A stretch of 64,000 nucleotides of DNA, from the NCBI GenBank assembly GCA_964439725.1, contig CAYTPY010000002.1, forward strand, positions 7,194 to 71,193, written 5' to 3'. Positions 10,271 through 19,857 of the stretch are shown here, piece by piece; position 1 is the stretch's first letter; each line of letters opens with the position of its first letter. The translations under genes were made by a program, and so were the position numbers. Origin of the DNA: an uncultured Erythrobacter sp. (GTDB lineage Bacteria > Pseudomonadota > Alphaproteobacteria > Sphingomonadales > Sphingomonadaceae). Below the pieces are notes generated by a model. The model was not told the origin of the DNA and did no database searches. It was given only the letters and a program-made list of their open reading frames with translations.

Positions 10271-12085
10271 ATGGAGGCGCTGCTCTTGCAGCTTACCGAT
10301 TTCGCGACCGCGCCCAATCTGGTGCGGTTGTTCCTCGATCGCGCGGATCTGCGGGGGGAGCGGCCGTTTCTCGTCGCCAAGCGCGGCGGCGTCTGGACCT
10401 CGCTGAGCTGGCGCGAAGCGGCCGAGCAGGTCTGCCTGCTGGCCGAAGCGCTGCGCCGGCTGGGGCTGGAGCCGGGCGACCGCGTCGTGCTGGTGTCGGA
10501 AAACCGTCCCGAATGGGCGATCGCCGATCTCGCGATCATGGCGGCCGGGTGCATCACCACCCCGGCCTATACGACCAACACCGAAGCCGATCACTTGCAC
10601 ATCCTCGAAAACAGCGGCGCGGCGGCGGTCATCGTCTCCACGCGCAAGCTGGCGGACAGGCTGCTGCCGGCGGTGATTCGCTCGGGCAGCGCGGCCCATG
10701 TCGTCGGCATCGAGCCGCTGCCCCCGGTGCAGAGCAGCTTCGCCTGCCACTCGTGGAGCGACTTGCTGGAAGGGGACGCCGCCGCCGCGCGTCTCGCGGT
10801 CGAGGCGCGCATCGCGCCGATCGGGCGCCGCGATCCGGCTTGCATCATCTACACCAGCGGCACCAGCGGGGCGCCGCGCGGCGTGCTGCTCCACCACGGG
10901 GCGATCCTCTGCAACGTCGACGGCGCGGCGCATATCCTGGCCGGGGACTTCGGCTGGGGCGACGAGCGGTTCCTGTCGTTCCTGCCGCTCAGCCATGCGC
11001 TCGAGCATACCGCCGGCCTGCACCTGCCGATCGGGCTGGGGGCGGAAGTCTGGTTCGCCGAAGGGCTCGACAAGCTGGCCAGCAACATGGAGGAAACCAG
11101 CCCGACCTTCATGGTCGTGGTGCCGCGGCTGTTCGAGGTGCTGCGGGCGCGGATCATCGCGCAAGTCGAGCGGCAGGGGAAAGTCGCCGGGTTCCTGCTC
11201 GACCAGGCGCTGGCGCTTTCCGAACGGCGCGCGGCGGGCCAGCGGCGGGCGAGCGACTGGCTGGTCGAGCGGCTGCTGGAGGTGACCTTGCGGCCCAAGG
11301 TGCGCCAGCGCTTCGGCGGGCGGGTCAAGGCGCTGGTCTCGGGAGGCGCGCCGCTCAATCCCGAGGTGGGCGCGTTCTTCGAAGCGATGGGCCTGGTCAT
11401 GCTCCAGGGCTACGGGCAGACCGAGGCGGCTCCGGTGGTCAGCTGCAACCATCCTTCGGCCGGGATCGACCTGTCGACGGTCGGTCCGCCGCTGCGCAAC
11501 GTCGAAGTGCGGATCGCCGAGGACGGCGAGATCCTGGTGCGCGGCGAGCTGGTCATGCTCGGCTACTGGCAGAACCCGAGCGACACCGCGAAGACGGTGC
11601 GCGACGGCTGGCTCTACACCGGCGACATCGGCCACATCGACGCGGCGGGGCGGATCGTCATCACCGACCGCAAGAAGGACATCATCGTCAACGACAAAGG
11701 CGACAACATCGCCCCACAGAAGTTGGAGGGGATGTTAACCCTTCAAAGAGAAATAGCCCAAGCCATGGTCAGTGGGGACAAACGGCCTCACATCGTCGCG
11801 CTGATCGTACCGGACGCGGAATGGGCTTGCGCGTGGGCACAGGCCAATGACGAGGCGTTCGACTTAGCGGCACTGCAAGCTCTGCCGGCGTTCCGCAGCG
11901 CGGTGCGAGCGGCGATCGACCGGGTGAACCGCGACCTTTCTGTCATCGAAAAGGTGCGGCAGTTCGCTTTTGCGGACGAGCCCTTTACCCACGAGAACGG
12001 CGAGCTAACCCCCAGCCTCAAGATCAAGCGCCACGCTATCCGCAACCGCTACGGCAGGCGGATCGACGGGCTCTACAAGGGCTAG
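10271..12085 (+). CDS. Long-chain-fatty-acid--CoA ligase (AMP-binding)
   Basis: IIYTSGTSGAPRG, FLPLSH, QGYGQTE, GWLYTGDIG, ITDRKKD, ELTPSLK; start uncertain (10220-10283). Confidence 0.93.
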   Translation: MEALLLQLTDFATAPNLVRLFLDRADLRGERPFLVAKRGGVWTSLSWREAAEQVCLLAEALRRLGLEPGDRVVLVSENRPEWAIADLAIMAAGCITTPAYTTNTEADHLHILENSGAAAVIVSTRKLADRLLPAVIRSGSAAHVVGIEPLPPVQSSFACHSWSDLLEGDAAAARLAVEARIAPIGRRDPACIIYTSGTSGAPRGVLLHHGAILCNVDGAAHILAGDFGWGDERFLSFLPLSHALEHTAGLHLPIGLGAEVWFAEGLDKLASNMEETSPTFMVVVPRLFEVLRARIIAQVERQGKVAGFLLDQALALSERRAAGQRRASDWLVERLLEVTLRPKVRQRFGGRVKALVSGGAPLNPEVGAFFEAMGLVMLQGYGQTEAAPVVSCNHPSAGIDLSTVGPPLRNVEVRIAEDGEILVRGELVMLGYWQNPSDTAKTVRDGWLYTGDIGHIDAAGRIVITDRKKDIIVNDKGDNIAPQKLEGMLTLQREIAQAMVSGDKRPHIVALIVPDAEWACAWAQANDEAFDLAALQALPAFRSAVRAAIDRVNRDLSVIEKVRQFAFADEPFTHENGELTPSLKIKRHAIRNRYGRRIDGLYKG

Positions 12086-12609
12086 GCTGCTTCGGCCTCA
12101 ACCTTTTCGGGATAGAAGCACGGCTCGCGCTCGGACCAGCCCTGCGCTGTGGCGGCGGCTTCGCTGAGCGACTGGAGCAGCATCTTGCGGCGCCCCGGCC
12201 GGATATGCGGCAGGGCGGCGGCCCCGCAGAAGGCCGGGGGCAACCATGGGCGCGCCCTGGCCCCAAGAAGTCGCTCGTAAAGAAAGCGGTACGCGGAAAA
12301 GCTGTCGAGCTTCTCTTGGGCGAGATCGTGAGCTGTTACGCGGAGCAGCCGGCCCATGAAGTCCTGAAGGCCCTCCAACGAGGTAGCGCAAGGCACGCTG
12401 TCGCGCAGCCCGCGCAGTTCGCGATAGGCGAGGTATTGCTGGCGAATCGAGGCCTTATCGTCAAGGTCGCTCGCCCACAGCTTGAAGGCATCGCCGCGGC
12501 CCAATCCAATATCGAGCCCACGTTCGATGAACAGTTGCTCCGCTTCAGTGAAGCTAGCGAACTCGCGCAGCTCCGAGATAGTCAACGATGCAGTTCCGGT
12601 CTTGGCCAT
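12082..12609 (-). CDS. Conserved hypothetical protein (sphingomonad-type)
   Basis: 175 aa ORF with GGAG RBS and protein-like composition (ELREFASF, FSAYRFLYERLLGA, WSEREP.FYPE); no family recognised. Confidence 0.75.
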   Translation of the reverse strand: MAKTGTASLTISELREFASFTEAEQLFIERGLDIGLGRGDAFKLWASDLDDKASIRQQYLAYRELRGLRDSVPCATSLEGLQDFMGRLLRVTAHDLAQEKLDSFSAYRFLYERLLGARARPWLPPAFCGAAALPHIRPGRRKMLLQSLSEAAATAQGWSEREPCFYPEKVEAEAA

Positions 12610-12649
12610 AACAGCGCTCCATGATCAGGAGGAATGTCGCCGAACTTGG

Positions 12650-12664
12650 TTAACGACGGGTCAA
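12650..12664 (-). promoter_or_regulatory. CtrA-like box (TTGA-N7-TTAA on the minus strand)
   Basis: Plus strand TTAACGACGGGTCAA, one mismatch to TTAA-N7-TTAA, 40 bp upstream of the 12609 start. Confidence 0.4.
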
Positions 12665-12685
12665 CGTGACTAGGAAGCGGCTCGG

Positions 12686-13672
12686 TTAAATCAGACCGGC
12701 AAGGGGACTGCTCGGGTCGGCGTATTTGCGCGTCGACATGCGCCCTGCAAGGTAAGCGTCACGCCCTGCCTCGACCGCCAGCTTCATCGCACGCGCCATA
12801 CGGATCGGATCCTTTGCTTCGGCGATGGCTGTGTTCATCAGCACGCCGTCGCAGCCGAGCTCCATCGCGATCGCTGCATCGCTCGCGGTGCCCACCCCGG
12901 CATCGACGAGGACGGGAACTCCCGCTCCTTCCACGATTAGGCGAATTGTCACCCGGTTCTGGATGCCGAGGCCCGAGCCGATGGGCGCGCCCAGCGGCAT
13001 GATCGCAACGGCGCCAGCATCCTCGAGTTGCTTCGCGGCGATCGGATCGTCCGTACAATAGACCATGGGTTTGAAGCCTTCCGCCACCAGCACCTCGGTA
13101 GCACGAAGCGTCTCACGCATATCGGGATAGAGCGTGCGCGCTTCCCCAAGCACCTCGAGCTTCACGAGCTCCCAACCGCCAGCCTCCCGGGCGAGGCGCA
13201 GAGTGCGGACGGCTTCGTCGGCAGTAAAGCAGCCGGCGGTGTTAGGAAGATAAGTCACCTTCTTCGGGTCGATAAAGTCGGTGAGCATCGGCTGGTTTAG
13301 ATCGGACACGTTGACGCGTCGCACCGCCACCGTGACGATCTCTGCGCCGCTCGCCTCCAGCGCAGCGGCGTTCTGCGCGAAATCCTTGTACTTGCCGGTG
13401 CCCACGATCAGGCGTGAGTGGAACGTGTGGCCCGCCACCGACCAGGTGTCGGCTCTCGGACCGTTGCCACCGCCAACGAAGTGCACGATCTCCAGCACGT
13501 CGCCTTCAGCCAGCTTTGCCTCCCCAAGCGTCGACCGGGGGGCAATCACGCCGTTGTGCTCGACTGCCACTTTTTCAGGTTGCAGGCCGAGCTCGGCGAC
13601 TAGTTCGGCGATGGTGCCGGCGGCGGAACGACGTGGATCGCCGTTGATGGTCAGGTTGATATGCGCTGTCAT
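12686..13672 (-). CDS. thiG: ThiS-ThiG fusion (sulfur carrier/thiazole synthase)
   Basis: N-terminal ThiS domain (VAVEHNG...[10 protein letters not shown]) fused in frame to ThiG ([38 protein letters not shown]). Confidence 0.95.
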   Translation of the reverse strand: MTAHINLTINGDPRRSAAGTIAELVAELGLQPEKVAVEHNGVIAPRSTLGEAKLAEGDVLEIVHFVGGGNGPRADTWSVAGHTFHSRLIVGTGKYKDFAQNAAALEASGAEIVTVAVRRVNVSDLNQPMLTDFIDPKKVTYLPNTAGCFTADEAVRTLRLAREAGGWELVKLEVLGEARTLYPDMRETLRATEVLVAEGFKPMVYCTDDPIAAKQLEDAGAVAIMPLGAPIGSGLGIQNRVTIRLIVEGAGVPVLVDAGVGTASDAAIAMELGCDGVLMNTAIAEAKDPIRMARAMKLAVEAGRDAYLAGRMSTRKYADPSSPLAGLI

Positions 13673-13691
13673 GGCCGCTGCGAGATAGCGG

Positions 13692-14063
13692 TTAGCGCGC
13701 TCCGCGCAAGTTGAGGAGGTGTCCGGCGCCTACCAGCGTAACGCCGATGATCGTCAGGACGGCTTCCTCGATGCCGTGTCCGACCGCGAGAGCTCCGCCC
13801 ATGAAACTGAGGCCGGTCATCGCCACCACGAACGGAAGCGCGCGCCGATGCCTGAGAGCACCGACACCGATCGCCACGCCCGCGATGACCGTCGCTAGGG
13901 CAAGACCGGCCCGGTGGATGGCCGGATCGAGCCAAAGGCTTCCACCTAGACCGAGGCCTGCGACGATCGCTATTCCGAGAACGCAGTGCAAGGCACAGAG
14001 CCCCGAGAGGAGCAATCCCGCACGATCGAGTCGACTGCGAATCAAGGGCGGAGAGAAGTCCAT
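13692..14063 (-). CDS. MerC-domain membrane protein
   Basis: [15 protein letters not shown] motif, about four hydrophobic segments, GHLLN near the C-terminus. Confidence 0.85.
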   Translation of the reverse strand: MDFSPPLIRSRLDRAGLLLSGLCALHCVLGIAIVAGLGLGGSLWLDPAIHRAGLALATVIAGVAIGVGALRHRRALPFVVAMTGLSFMGGALAVGHGIEEAVLTIIGVTLVGAGHLLNLRGAR

Positions 14064-14074
14064 GCAAGCCATCT

Positions 14075-14091
14075 ATGTAACTATATAACGT
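14075..14091. promoter_or_regulatory. Zur-like operator
   Basis: ATGTAACTATATAACGT, 4 mismatches to the Zur-type palindrome ATGTTATANTATAACAT; AT-rich island just upstream of the MerC-family start. Confidence 0.55.
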
Positions 14092-14156
14092 CGCGCAAGT
14101 CAGCAGGTTCCGTGCTGGGGTTGCGCTTTAGCGGGGTACAGCGCAGGGAAGCTCCC

Positions 14157-15218
14157 ATGGTCGCAGAGACGGGCACGATGGCACGAAACAGCTCCCTCCA
14201 TGATACACGCATACGGCCGCTGGCGTTGGCACGCTGGCTCTTGTCGGTCGCGGTGCTGGTTGTCCTGATCGTCGCGGTCGGGGGTATCACCCGGCTTACC
14301 GAAAGCGGCTTGTCGATTACCGAGTGGAAGCCAGTGACAGGCGCGTTGCCACCACTCTCCGAAGAGCAGTGGGAGGCCGAGTTCGAACTGTACAAGCGCA
14401 CTCCCGAATACCGGAATGTCACAGGGCCCGCGGGCATGACGCTGGACGATTTCCAATTTATCTATTTTTGGGAATGGTTTCACCGCTTGGTCGGGCGGGT
14501 GATCGGCCTCGCGTTCGCGTTACCGTTGGCCTGGTACTGGGCGAAAGGAGCGATCCCGAGGGGTTACAAGCCGCGCCTCGTTGGCCTGCTGGCGCTTGGC
14601 GGCCTCCAAGGCGCCTTCGGCTGGTTTATGGTGCAGTCCGGGTTATCGGGCGAGCGCACCGACGTCAGCCATTTCTGGCTTTCAATTCACCTGCTGACCG
14701 CGCTCCTGACCTTGGCTCTCCTAGTTTGGACGGCGCTCGACATGCTTAGGCTGCACCGGAACCCTAGTGCGCGGCCAGCGCGGTTTACAGGGTTCTCCGC
14801 AGTCGTCGCGGGCGTCCTGTTCATTCAGCTTTTGCTTGGCGCCTGGGTTGCGGGCCTCAACGCCGGCCATGCCTCCGACACTTGGCCGCTGATGCAAGGC
14901 CGGCTGATACCCGAAGTCGACTGGTCGCGCGGCATCGGTTGGGCCTTCACGCACGATCCTTTTCTCCTCCATTTCCTGCACCGGTGGTGGGCCTGGGTGG
15001 CTTTTGCCGCGCTGCTGGTACTAGCCTCGCGGGTTCGAAGCCGCGACCCACGGGCTTCAATTGCCATACATGGCACCTTGGGAGCGCAGATCGTCCTGGG
15101 TATTGCGACGGTGCTGAGCGCGGTGAACCTAGAGCTTGCCACAATGCATCAACTGGTAGGGGCCCTGCTGGTCGCCGCAACAGCGTGGGCCGCGCATGCC
15201 CAAGGGCGCGCGGCTTGA
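14157..15218 (+). CDS. ctaA: Heme A synthase (COX15/CtaA)
   Basis: VGGITRLTESGLSITEWKP, EWFHRL.GR, GWFMVQSG, LGAWVAG, HRW, HQ motifs. Confidence 0.95.
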   Translation: MVAETGTMARNSSLHDTRIRPLALARWLLSVAVLVVLIVAVGGITRLTESGLSITEWKPVTGALPPLSEEQWEAEFELYKRTPEYRNVTGPAGMTLDDFQFIYFWEWFHRLVGRVIGLAFALPLAWYWAKGAIPRGYKPRLVGLLALGGLQGAFGWFMVQSGLSGERTDVSHFWLSIHLLTALLTLALLVWTALDMLRLHRNPSARPARFTGFSAVVAGVLFIQLLLGAWVAGLNAGHASDTWPLMQGRLIPEVDWSRGIGWAFTHDPFLLHFLHRWWAWVAFAALLVLASRVRSRDPRASIAIHGTLGAQIVLGIATVLSAVNLELATMHQLVGALLVAATAWAAHAQGRAA

Positions 15219-15523
15219 GCGCGCTGATTTGGTCTCCATTCGCTGACGAAGAAAGCGCAGCAACCGCGGCTTCAACACTGCTTGACGAGGGCCTGATCGC
15301 GTGCGCCAACATCCTGCCGGCCGTGCGCTCACTCTATGTCTGGAACGGTGAACGAGGCGAGGCGGCGGAAGTGGGCGCGCTGTTCAAGACCGACGCCGCA
15401 CTACTCGAAGGCGCAACGGCAAGACTCGCGGAAATCCATCCTTACGAGGCTCCTGCGGTAGTCGGATGGCGGGTCGATACCGCCGCAGATGCGACGCGGC
15501 AGTGGCTGGGATCGCTGGTCTAG
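15215..15523 (+). CDS. cutA: Divalent-cation tolerance protein CutA
   Basis: TTG start overlapping the ctaA stop; LIACANI, SLYVWNG, HPYEAP. Confidence 0.88.
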   Translation: MSALIWSPFADEESAATAASTLLDEGLIACANILPAVRSLYVWNGERGEAAEVGALFKTDAALLEGATARLAEIHPYEAPAVVGWRVDTAADATRQWLGSLV

Positions 15524-15568
15524 TTGCCGGCGGTATCATTATACCGCCCCGCTAAGCCGCAGATTTGC

Positions 15569-15597
15569 TTGACTTCACTGCCTGATGGCGACAAATG
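15569..15597 (+). promoter_or_regulatory. Putative sigma70 promoter of rplM-rpsI
   Basis: TTGACT -35 followed by a weak alpha-type -10 (GACAAAT). Confidence 0.4.
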
Positions 15598-15663
15598 CGC
15601 GGCTCCACGTGGGCCGAGCGAATCGGCTCCACGCCTGTGTTTCATCAACAAGGTACAAGCGCC

Positions 15664-16143
15664 ATGAAGGCCCTCAGCAAGATCACCCGGTCTATCAAGC
15701 CGGCCGAGGTCGAGAAGAAGTGGCATCTGATCGATGCCGAGGGGCTGGTCGTCGGCCGCCTCGCCGTGATCGTCGCCAATCTCCTGCGCGGCAAGCACAA
15801 GCCGAGCTTCACTCCGCATGTCGATTGCGGCGACCACGTCGTCGTGATCAACGTCGACAAGGTCGCGTTCACCGGCAACAAGCGGGACGAGAAGACCTAT
15901 TACAAGCACACCGGTTATGCCGGCGGCATCAAGGCGATCACCGCTGACAAGGTGCTGGACGGCCGCTTCCCCGAGCGCGTGCTCGAGAAGGCTGTCGAGC
16001 GCATGATCCCGCGCGGCCCGCTGGGCCGTCAGCAGATGAAGGCGCTGCACCTCTACGCCGGCACCGAGCACCCACACGGGGGAACCCAGCCTGAAGTGCT
16101 CGATGTCGCTTCGCTCAATCGCAAGAACAAGGCTGCCGCATAA
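15664..16143 (+). CDS. rplM: 50S ribosomal protein L13
   Basis: [36 protein letters not shown]. Confidence 0.99.
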   Translation: MKALSKITRSIKPAEVEKKWHLIDAEGLVVGRLAVIVANLLRGKHKPSFTPHVDCGDHVVVINVDKVAFTGNKRDEKTYYKHTGYAGGIKAITADKVLDGRFPERVLEKAVERMIPRGPLGRQQMKALHLYAGTEHPHGGTQPEVLDVASLNRKNKAAA

Positions 16144-16670
16144 TGGCTACCGAACAGAACACCGAAACCGTCACCGATCTGGCCGATCTGGGCGCGATTG
16201 CCGGCGCTGCCGCTGCCGCACCAGCTGGTGAGACCGCGCCCCCTTCGACTCCCGCGGTGCTGCGCGAACAGGAACTTGACGCGCAGGGCCGCGCTTACGC
16301 CACCGGCCGCCGCAAGGATGCCGTTGCCCGTGTCTGGCTGAAGCCCGGTACCGGCAAGGTCATCGTCAACGGCCGGGAGCAAGAGGTCTATTTCGCCCGT
16401 CCGACCTTGCGGTTGGTCATCAACCAGCCCTTCCAGATCGCCGAACGTGAAGGTCAGTACGACGTCATCTGCACCGTCAAGGGCGGCGGGCTTTCCGGTC
16501 AAGCGGGCGCGGTGAAGCACGGCATCAGCCAAGCGCTATCCAAGTACGAGCCGGCGCTGCGCAGCACGGTGAAGGCGGCCGGGTTCCTGACCCGCGATAG
16601 CCGCGTCGTCGAGCGTAAAAAGTACGGCCGGGCGAAGGCTCGCCGCAGCTTCCAGTTCTCGAAGCGCTAA
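16143..16670 (+). CDS. rpsI: 30S ribosomal protein S9
   Basis: [40 protein letters not shown]. Confidence 0.99.
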   Translation: MATEQNTETVTDLADLGAIAGAAAAAPAGETAPPSTPAVLREQELDAQGRAYATGRRKDAVARVWLKPGTGKVIVNGREQEVYFARPTLRLVINQPFQIAEREGQYDVICTVKGGGLSGQAGAVKHGISQALSKYEPALRSTVKAAGFLTRDSRVVERKKYGRAKARRSFQFSKR

Positions 16671-16692
16671 GGGTTCGAACCCCGAAATCTAC

Positions 16693-16722
16693 AAAGGGCG
16701 GCCTTGTTGGGCCGCCCTTTTT
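16693..16722 (+). terminator. Rho-independent terminator after rpsI
   Basis: AAAGGGCGGCCT-TGTT-GGGCCGCCCTTT-TT. Confidence 0.85.
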
Positions 16723-16816
16723 AGTTGGAGGCCGGCGGGAGTGGGAATTTCTCAACCTTCGAGCGCTACCGATGCGCCTCCGCCTCGGTGCCACTCACCG
16801 GGCATGGACGTGAACC

Positions 16817-17845
16817 ATGACGAAGTTGTTCATCACCATCGACACGGAATACGAGGCGGGCTTTACGATGCGCCGCGGTCGCGATTCCCGCCAGGAGAAC
16901 TACCGGCGTTCGATCGAATGCATGACCGACAGAGGCGCTGTCGGGGTCACCTACCAGCTGGACGTCTTGGACCGGTTCGACCTGAAGGCAGTATTCTTCG
17001 TCGATCCGATGCCAGCCTTGATATGGGGTGTAGCTGCGATCGAAGACATCGTCGGTCCCATTATCGAACGTGGTCACGACGTCCAACTTCACCTTCATCC
17101 CGAATGGCTAGCCCTTGCTGGAACGAACAATCTGCTTCCCGGCCGCACCGGCGCCAACATGAAAGATTTCACCTTCGACGAGCAATGTGTGCTGATCGAC
17201 TACGCGGCTGCCACGCTGGCCGCCGCCGGCGCTCCGGCGCCGATCGCTTTTCGTGCCGGCAACTACGGCGCGAACGATGATACCCTTCGAGCTCTCGCAG
17301 CGCTCGGGTTGGCCTATGACAGCAGCCACTGCCCGGGCATTGTCGACTCTGCTTGCAAGATCAGCCTTGGTCCAGATGATCGGCACCCAATCGAGTATTG
17401 CGGGGTCATCGAGGTCCCCACCGGTTGCATTGGTGGTCCCGGTGGCCTCCGCCATGCCCAACTCACTGCTTTGTCCGTACGCGAGTTGCTTGCCGCTTTG
17501 CAGCACGCGCGGAATCATCGAATCGCCGATTTCACGTTAGTATCTCACAGCTTCGAACTGCTGAGCCGAGACCGCACCCGGACCAACCGGATCGTGAAGC
17601 GGAGGTTTGAACGCTTTTGCGAAGGGGTCTCCGCCATTGATGGTCTGACTACAGCGACTTACGCAACGATGCCGCCGGCTATCTCGCTGGCGGCAGGGCC
17701 TCGGCCGGTGCTGCCCTTCAACGGGGCCCGGACCGCACTGCGGATAGCCGAACAAGCCGTCGTCAATGCACTCTACGGCGAACCGCGGGCTCGGATGGGC
17801 GTGCCGATCAATGCACCGGCGGATCGGTGCGCGGCACCTGGTTGA
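16817..17845 (+). CDS. Polysaccharide deacetylase (CE4/NodB-like) family protein
   Basis: FITIDTE, VFFV, GHDVQLHLHPEW, FRAGNY, YDSS, HSFE motifs. Confidence 0.85.
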   Translation: MTKLFITIDTEYEAGFTMRRGRDSRQENYRRSIECMTDRGAVGVTYQLDVLDRFDLKAVFFVDPMPALIWGVAAIEDIVGPIIERGHDVQLHLHPEWLALAGTNNLLPGRTGANMKDFTFDEQCVLIDYAAATLAAAGAPAPIAFRAGNYGANDDTLRALAALGLAYDSSHCPGIVDSACKISLGPDDRHPIEYCGVIEVPTGCIGGPGGLRHAQLTALSVRELLAALQHARNHRIADFTLVSHSFELLSRDRTRTNRIVKRRFERFCEGVSAIDGLTTATYATMPPAISLAAGPRPVLPFNGARTALRIAEQAVVNALYGEPRARMGVPINAPADRCAAPG

Positions 17846-18665
17846 CTGGCGCCACCGGCTCGCCGGGTTCGCGTGGCGGCAGGGCGTTCTCGGGCACATC
17901 GTCGATCTGCATTGCTTCTGTCGGCACTTCGTCGAGGTTGCGGGCCAGGACCTTTAGAGACGCACCGTCCCAGGTGATCTCGTTGAAGCTAGGTGGGGTC
18001 GATCGTACCCGCTGCGACAGCGTGCCCGCGCCTATCATCCGAACCGGGCCATTGTCGGTCTCTTCGACAAGATCGAACGGGTCATGCACGTGGCCGCTCA
18101 ACACTCCGAGTACCCGTCTTTGGGCGAGTTCACACAGCGCCTTGTAGCCGTTGGCGGTGAGCGCAGTGCCCTTGGTGCCTACTTCGCGTAGCGGGTGATG
18201 CACGGTGACCAGCGCCTTCGTGCCTTCCGGCAGGTCATCGAGCGCGGTCAGGCACTTCCGCAACGCCGAACGGCTGACCCATCCCTTCGACCAGTTGAGC
18301 CGCGGTTGCGCCCGCACCGCCGTCTTGAGCGGCACGATGGCCAGTCCCGGAAGGTCGATTTCTCGCTGAATAAGGTTCTGAATACCCTGAAAACGCCGAT
18401 AGGGCGCGAAGAAGCGCTCGATCGGGTTGAAGTAAGGCATGTCGTGATTCCCGATCTCCACCGTAACCGGCACGTCGAGCGACTGGATCCAATGACAAGC
18501 GGCTGCATATTCGCGCCGCCGCGCCCGCATCGTGAGGTCGCCGGTAATCGCCACCGCGGCAGGCCGCTGTTCGGCAATCTCCTGCTTCACCCAGTCGAGC
18601 GCCTTGTTATCCTCGAGCCCGAAATGAATGTCGCTTAAATGGAAAAGTTTGGTTTCAGTCGCCAT
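17808..18665 (-). CDS. Calcineurin-like metallophosphoesterase (Icc/CpdA-like)
   Basis: HLSDIHFG, ITGDLT, GNHD, HHP, SGHVH. Confidence 0.92.
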   Translation of the reverse strand: MATETKLFHLSDIHFGLEDNKALDWVKQEIAEQRPAAVAITGDLTMRARRREYAAACHWIQSLDVPVTVEIGNHDMPYFNPIERFFAPYRRFQGIQNLIQREIDLPGLAIVPLKTAVRAQPRLNWSKGWVSRSALRKCLTALDDLPEGTKALVTVHHPLREVGTKGTALTANGYKALCELAQRRVLGVLSGHVHDPFDLVEETDNGPVRMIGAGTLSQRVRSTPPSFNEITWDGASLKVLARNLDEVPTEAMQIDDVPENALPPREPGEPVAPVNQVPRTDPPVH

Positions 18666-19512
18666 CGTACTTCGTTGCTAGCAGGTCGACTTCTGCCGCG
18701 GCCAGTGTGAACTCCAGTTCTGGCGGCGCTTCGGCCTCTTCGCCGTCTATCAGCAGCCCGAACGGATTGCCTCGAGTGCTCGACAGACGCACGGTTCGGG
18801 CATGGCCGAGTACATCATGGGGCCCCTCACGGAACTGTCGGCGCAGCAGCGCCCAAGCGTGATCCAGATAATCCTTCGCTGTTTCAGCGTGATAGGCTTC
18901 TACCTCGATGCCGTCGTCGTGCGGCGTCAAGCTGATCAACGGATAGCCTTCGGCGCGCCCGAAAGCCGGCTCCGTGCAAGCTATCAATTCGCCGGTGAGG
19001 GTTTCGTCCACGGCCTCAATTGTGCCGGAGGCAAGTTCGACCAGATCCGCTTCGCGCATGGCTTCACGCACACGGCCCCAACGTGTCCCTGGGCCCGCGA
19101 GCATGCCGGCGAAGGCATCTCCGCACGGACTGCGGACCACCCCCGGGCGCCGCACGGTCGCCTCTCCGCCAGCCACGGCCGCAACGGCTTCTTCCAATGG
19201 GCGATCGCCGTGCAGGCGGTGGTACAGCAGGTTCATCGTCCCACCAGGCAGGACCAACACGCTCCCTTCCCATCCAGCTAGTCCGGAAATCAACGTGTTA
19301 ATGGTGCCGTCGCCTGCAAAAGCAGCTACGAGCTCCACCCCGACTGCCTGAAGTCTGTCGGGGGTGGGGAGATCTTCCTGAGGGAATATGGTGCGGGCAG
19401 CCAGCTCGAAACTGTGGCGCACGCAGCAATCCTCAAGCGCAGCAAGCGCGGCATCGTCATTGCTGCCACTCGAAGCATTGGTGACCAACCATATCGGCGA
19501 ACCGGTGTTCAT
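18655..19512 (-). CDS. Diacylglycerol kinase family protein
   Basis: N.SSGS, AGDGTIN, LPGGTMNLL, LIDGE; 11-bp overlap with the downstream phosphoesterase. Confidence 0.85.
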   Translation of the reverse strand: MNTGSPIWLVTNASSGSNDDAALAALEDCCVRHSFELAARTIFPQEDLPTPDRLQAVGVELVAAFAGDGTINTLISGLAGWEGSVLVLPGGTMNLLYHRLHGDRPLEEAVAAVAGGEATVRRPGVVRSPCGDAFAGMLAGPGTRWGRVREAMREADLVELASGTIEAVDETLTGELIACTEPAFGRAEGYPLISLTPHDDGIEVEAYHAETAKDYLDHAWALLRRQFREGPHDVLGHARTVRLSSTRGNPFGLLIDGEEAEAPPELEFTLAAAEVDLLATKYDGD

Positions 19513-19554
19513 GCCGGCAAAGCGCGCGCCGCGTCTGGCTGTTCCCGGCGGCGC

Positions 19555-19818
19555 TCAGATACGTCGCGACAGGATCAGCCACGCGGAAAGGCCATTAAGC
19601 GCGCTATAGGCGAAATAGGCCCATCCCCATCCCGTGCTTCCGCTCGCCGCCAGCAGCAGTGCGCCGACCAGCAGCATGAATTCTAGGGCGAAACTGAAGC
19701 GCCCTCCCATAAGGCCCATCCACGGCATCTGCGCCAACATTGGATGGCGACTCGCCAGCACAGCCTTGTGCATCGCGAAGTTGGCAATCCCGAGCAGGAA
19801 CGTGAGAACGATGGCCAT
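19555..19818 (-). CDS. Small hypothetical membrane protein (about 87 aa, about 3 TM)
   Basis: MAIVLTFLLGIANFAMHKAVL.SRHP...Y..Y...NGLSAWLILSRRI; hydrophobic; ATG at 19818. Confidence 0.7.
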   Translation of the reverse strand: MAIVLTFLLGIANFAMHKAVLASRHPMLAQMPWMGLMGGRFSFALEFMLLVGALLLAASGSTGWGWAYFAYSALNGLSAWLILSRRI

Positions 19819-19857
19819 CACGAGCAATGTGCCGTGGTTTGGCCAGCTTGCCAAATG

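Noticed and set aside
13692-14063. Mercury resistance locus
   Set aside because: No merR, merA, merT or merP in the window; a Zur-like box is present instead
16671-16682. GGGTTCGAACCC after rpsI, resembling a tRNA T-arm or att fragment
   Set aside because: 12-bp palindrome only; no rest of a cloverleaf and no match to the tRNA-Arg 3' end
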